49,541 bases of DNA. Source: an uncultured Lachnospiraceae bacterium (lineage in GTDB: Bacteria > Bacillota > Clostridia > Lachnospirales > Lachnospiraceae). The stretch covers positions 4,957-54,497 of the forward strand of contig CAYMCV010000001.1 of assembly GCA_964389005.1 (NCBI GenBank). The letters run 5' to 3'. Numbering within the stretch: the stretch's first letter is position 1; the number at the start of each line of letters is the position of its first letter. The notes under the pieces were generated by a model. That model was given only the letters and a program-made list of their open reading frames with translations. It was not told where the DNA came from and made no database searches. Both the position numbers and the translations under genes were made by a program. This document shows, one piece after another, positions 47,751 to 49,541 of the stretch.

Positions 47751-48909
47751 ATTTGTAATTTTTAGCTTAATATTTGTTGGCATCGGCGCGGTTCTGATCG
47801 GTATCGGATGCATGTTTGGAGGCAAGGTTTACGGCATCGGTATCGGGAGAGGCGGTGTGAATGTCAAAACCGAGGAGACGATTGTAACAGAGGTTATCAC
47901 GGAAGAAAGAGATTTATCGGAATTCAGCAGTCTTCAAATGGATATAGCATTTGCAGATGTTGAGATTGTGGAGTCGGATCGATTTGCAATTTCGTACCGT
48001 GTGCAGAAGGATAGAGATATCATCGAAGATGTGCAGGGTGATGTGCTGAATTTGCGGCAGAAGAATCCGATGCAGAATGTGATTGGGCTGTCGCTCGGTG
48101 ATTGGTCTTTTCATAATGTGAGTGAGAATTACTATGTGAAGGTTATGGTGCCGAAGGGAGAGGAATTCAAAGATATTTCCATCAGTGTCGATTCCGGTGA
48201 TATTACACTTGGCGAAGTGAAAGCAGAAAGCCTGGTTTTGGATGGTTCTTTCGGTAATGTGACAATTGATAAGGCAGATAGCGGTTCTGTCGATATTCAG
48301 TTGGATTCCGGAAATACGACTGCAAAGGAGATGATCGCGGATGACCTTTATGTGAAAGGGTCGTTTGGAGATATTGAAATTGATAAGTTGGTTTGCAAGG
48401 AAAATGAACTCAAACTGGATTCCGGCAGTATTATGCTTGGCAATGTTGAGGGTGACAATGTCAACTTGGATACATCTTTTGGGGATATTCAGATAGACGA
48501 TATCATTGCATCGAAACAATTGATATGCAATGCAGAGAGCGGTCATATCGAATTGGGAAATGCGGATGCTGCTGATATTACGGTGACAGGTTCATTTGGT
48601 GGCGTCAGTGGTCAAAAGGTGAACGCAAGTAAATGCTTTACATGTAATTATGAAAGCGGAGATTTGGATGTAAAGGAATTTAGCGGAAAAGAGGCAAATA
48701 TCACCTTATCATTCGGAAGCGCGTCTGTCGGTTATGCGGGAGATTTCGCGACGTGTGCTGTCAAAGCCAACACGGAGTTTGGCGAAGTTTACGTAAACGG
48801 CGACGAAGTTGGGACGGAGTATGTACAGACGACTTCCGAAGAAATATGTAAATTGACATTTGCCATCGATTCAGGTGATGTGAATTTGGATACGGTACCG
48901 ACAGAGTGA
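47740..48909 (+). CDS. DUF4097-like beta-strand-repeat protein (LiaG-like putative adhesin), N-terminal TM anchor
   Basis: At least 12 alternating SGDITLGEV / FGNVTIDK-type repeats. ATG 47740 overlaps the upstream gene by 11 nt. Confidence 0.8.
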   Translation: MKHKFVIFSLIFVGIGAVLIGIGCMFGGKVYGIGIGRGGVNVKTEETIVTEVITEERDLSEFSSLQMDIAFADVEIVESDRFAISYRVQKDRDIIEDVQGDVLNLRQKNPMQNVIGLSLGDWSFHNVSENYYVKVMVPKGEEFKDISISVDSGDITLGEVKAESLVLDGSFGNVTIDKADSGSVDIQLDSGNTTAKEMIADDLYVKGSFGDIEIDKLVCKENELKLDSGSIMLGNVEGDNVNLDTSFGDIQIDDIIASKQLICNAESGHIELGNADAADITVTGSFGGVSGQKVNASKCFTCNYESGDLDVKEFSGKEANITLSFGSASVGYAGDFATCAVKANTEFGEVYVNGDEVGTEYVQTTSEEICKLTFAIDSGDVNLDTVPTE

Positions 48910-48935
48910 TTTGTAATACAGAAGAATCGGTATTC

Positions 48936-49075
48936 ATTGTGGAGGATATGTGAGTATTCCGATAACGGATTAATGGCGGTATTTTTAGAAGTATGGCATG
49001 GAGAAGGCGTGAGTACTCCGATAGCGGATGGAATAGCCAGCATTCTAGAAATATGTCATTGGGAGGCTGTTTCAA
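48936..49075 (+). repeat. about 2.3 copies of a degenerate ~60-bp tandem repeat, each unit starting with an SD-like GGAG(G) + GTG
   Basis: Unit 1 is CATTGTGGAGGATATGTGAGTATTCCGATAACGGAT... Unit 2 is CATGGAGAAGGCGTGAGTACTCCGATAGCGGAT... The partial third unit is CATTGGGAGGCTG... Confidence 0.7.
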
Positions 49076-49153
49076 AGTAGACCACACTATAAATCTACAA
49101 ATGCAGCGCGAAAAGTGGCTAAATATCGCCATTTGACACAAGTGTCATAAATA

Positions 49154-49194
49154 TTTGGGGTACAAAATTGTAAAAATTGATTTTGTACCCCAAA
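49154..49194. repeat. 15-bp-stem palindromic element built on GGGGTACA
   Basis: TTTGGGGTACAAAAT, an 11-nt loop, then ATTTTGTACCCCAAA. It shares the GGGGTACA core with the hairpin at 49312-49348. Confidence 0.7.
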
Positions 49195-49311
49195 AACTTG
49201 TGTTATGTTAACTAAAATCTCATGCTAAAATCATGAATATGATAAAAAAGATATAAATATATCAAAAAGTCTATTTAATTAATGTTTTTTAACCGAATAA
49301 TTGAAGTCGAG

Positions 49312-49353
49312 TGGGGTACAGAATGACGAATTTGCCATCTGTACCCCATTTTT
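49312..49353 (+). terminator. terminator-like hairpin on the same GGGGTACA core
   Basis: TGGGGTACAGA, a 15-nt loop, TCTGTACCCCA, followed by TTTTT. Confidence 0.55.
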
Positions 49354-49421
49354 AGAAAAAGTCAATACTTATGTCAACCAAATACGAATTACGACATATG
49401 TCACGTTAATATTGTCAAGAC

Positions 49422-49541
49422 ACTCCATGTGACGTACGGCAGAGTAAAGAATAGTAAGCCAAGTCTGGCATATTCTTGTATTAATAACTCCATGTGACGT
49501 ACGGCAGAGTAAAGAATAGTAAGCCAAGTCTGGCATATTCT
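49422..49541 (+). repeat. two perfect 55-bp direct repeats separated by 10 bp, truncated by the window end
   Basis: ACTCCATGTGACGTACGGCAGAGTAAAGAATAGTAAGCCAAGTCTGGCATATTCT occurs at 49422-49476 and 49487-49541. Confidence 0.9.

Noticed and set aside
49422-49541. Possible CRISPR array (identical repeats at regular spacing)
   Set aside because: The repeat is 55 bp with only a 10-bp spacer, outside CRISPR repeat and spacer size ranges. No cas genes are in the window. Only two copies are visible.

Overview
This is a chromosomal segment from a spore-forming Firmicute, probably Clostridia and Lachnospiraceae-like. That call rests on spoVA genes, GGAGG Shine-Dalgarno sites, TTGACA/TATAAT promoters and the conserved rho-rpmE-DUF1385-prmC-prfA block. 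About 44 CDS and one tRNA-Gly(GCC) are supportable. Most are housekeeping genes: nucleobase permease, guaB, clpB, rarA, rho, rpmE, prmC, prfA, ptsI, glnA and purA. Others cover envelope or sugar functions (epimerase+GT2, MBOAT+SGNH, GH3, GH39, polysaccharide deacetylase), metal handling (Isf-like flavoprotein + Cu P-type ATPase), an ABC importer, spoVAA-AB-AC, and several regulators (BlaI-type, AraC, Crp/Fnr, PadR, GGDEF). The strongest candidate for something new is an AT-rich two-gene insert at about 7.8-11.5 kb. Its large gene encodes an N-terminal TIR domain that retains the catalytic-Glu motif, one transmembrane helix, and a roughly 650-aa extracytoplasmic beta-propeller-like region. This sensor-TM-TIR layout resembles a Toll-like receptor, and no known defence partner lies nearby. 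Unexplained non-coding structure is also present. It includes an orphan strong promoter with an A-tract UP element driving a ~300-nt purine-rich RNA (39.5-39.9 kb), and a 14-nt tandem repeat array displaying AGGA motifs before a strong terminator (46.5 kb). The last 600 bp hold nested repeats and hairpins, including two perfect 55-bp direct repeats cut by the window edge. All family assignments come from motifs read by eye; no database search was run.
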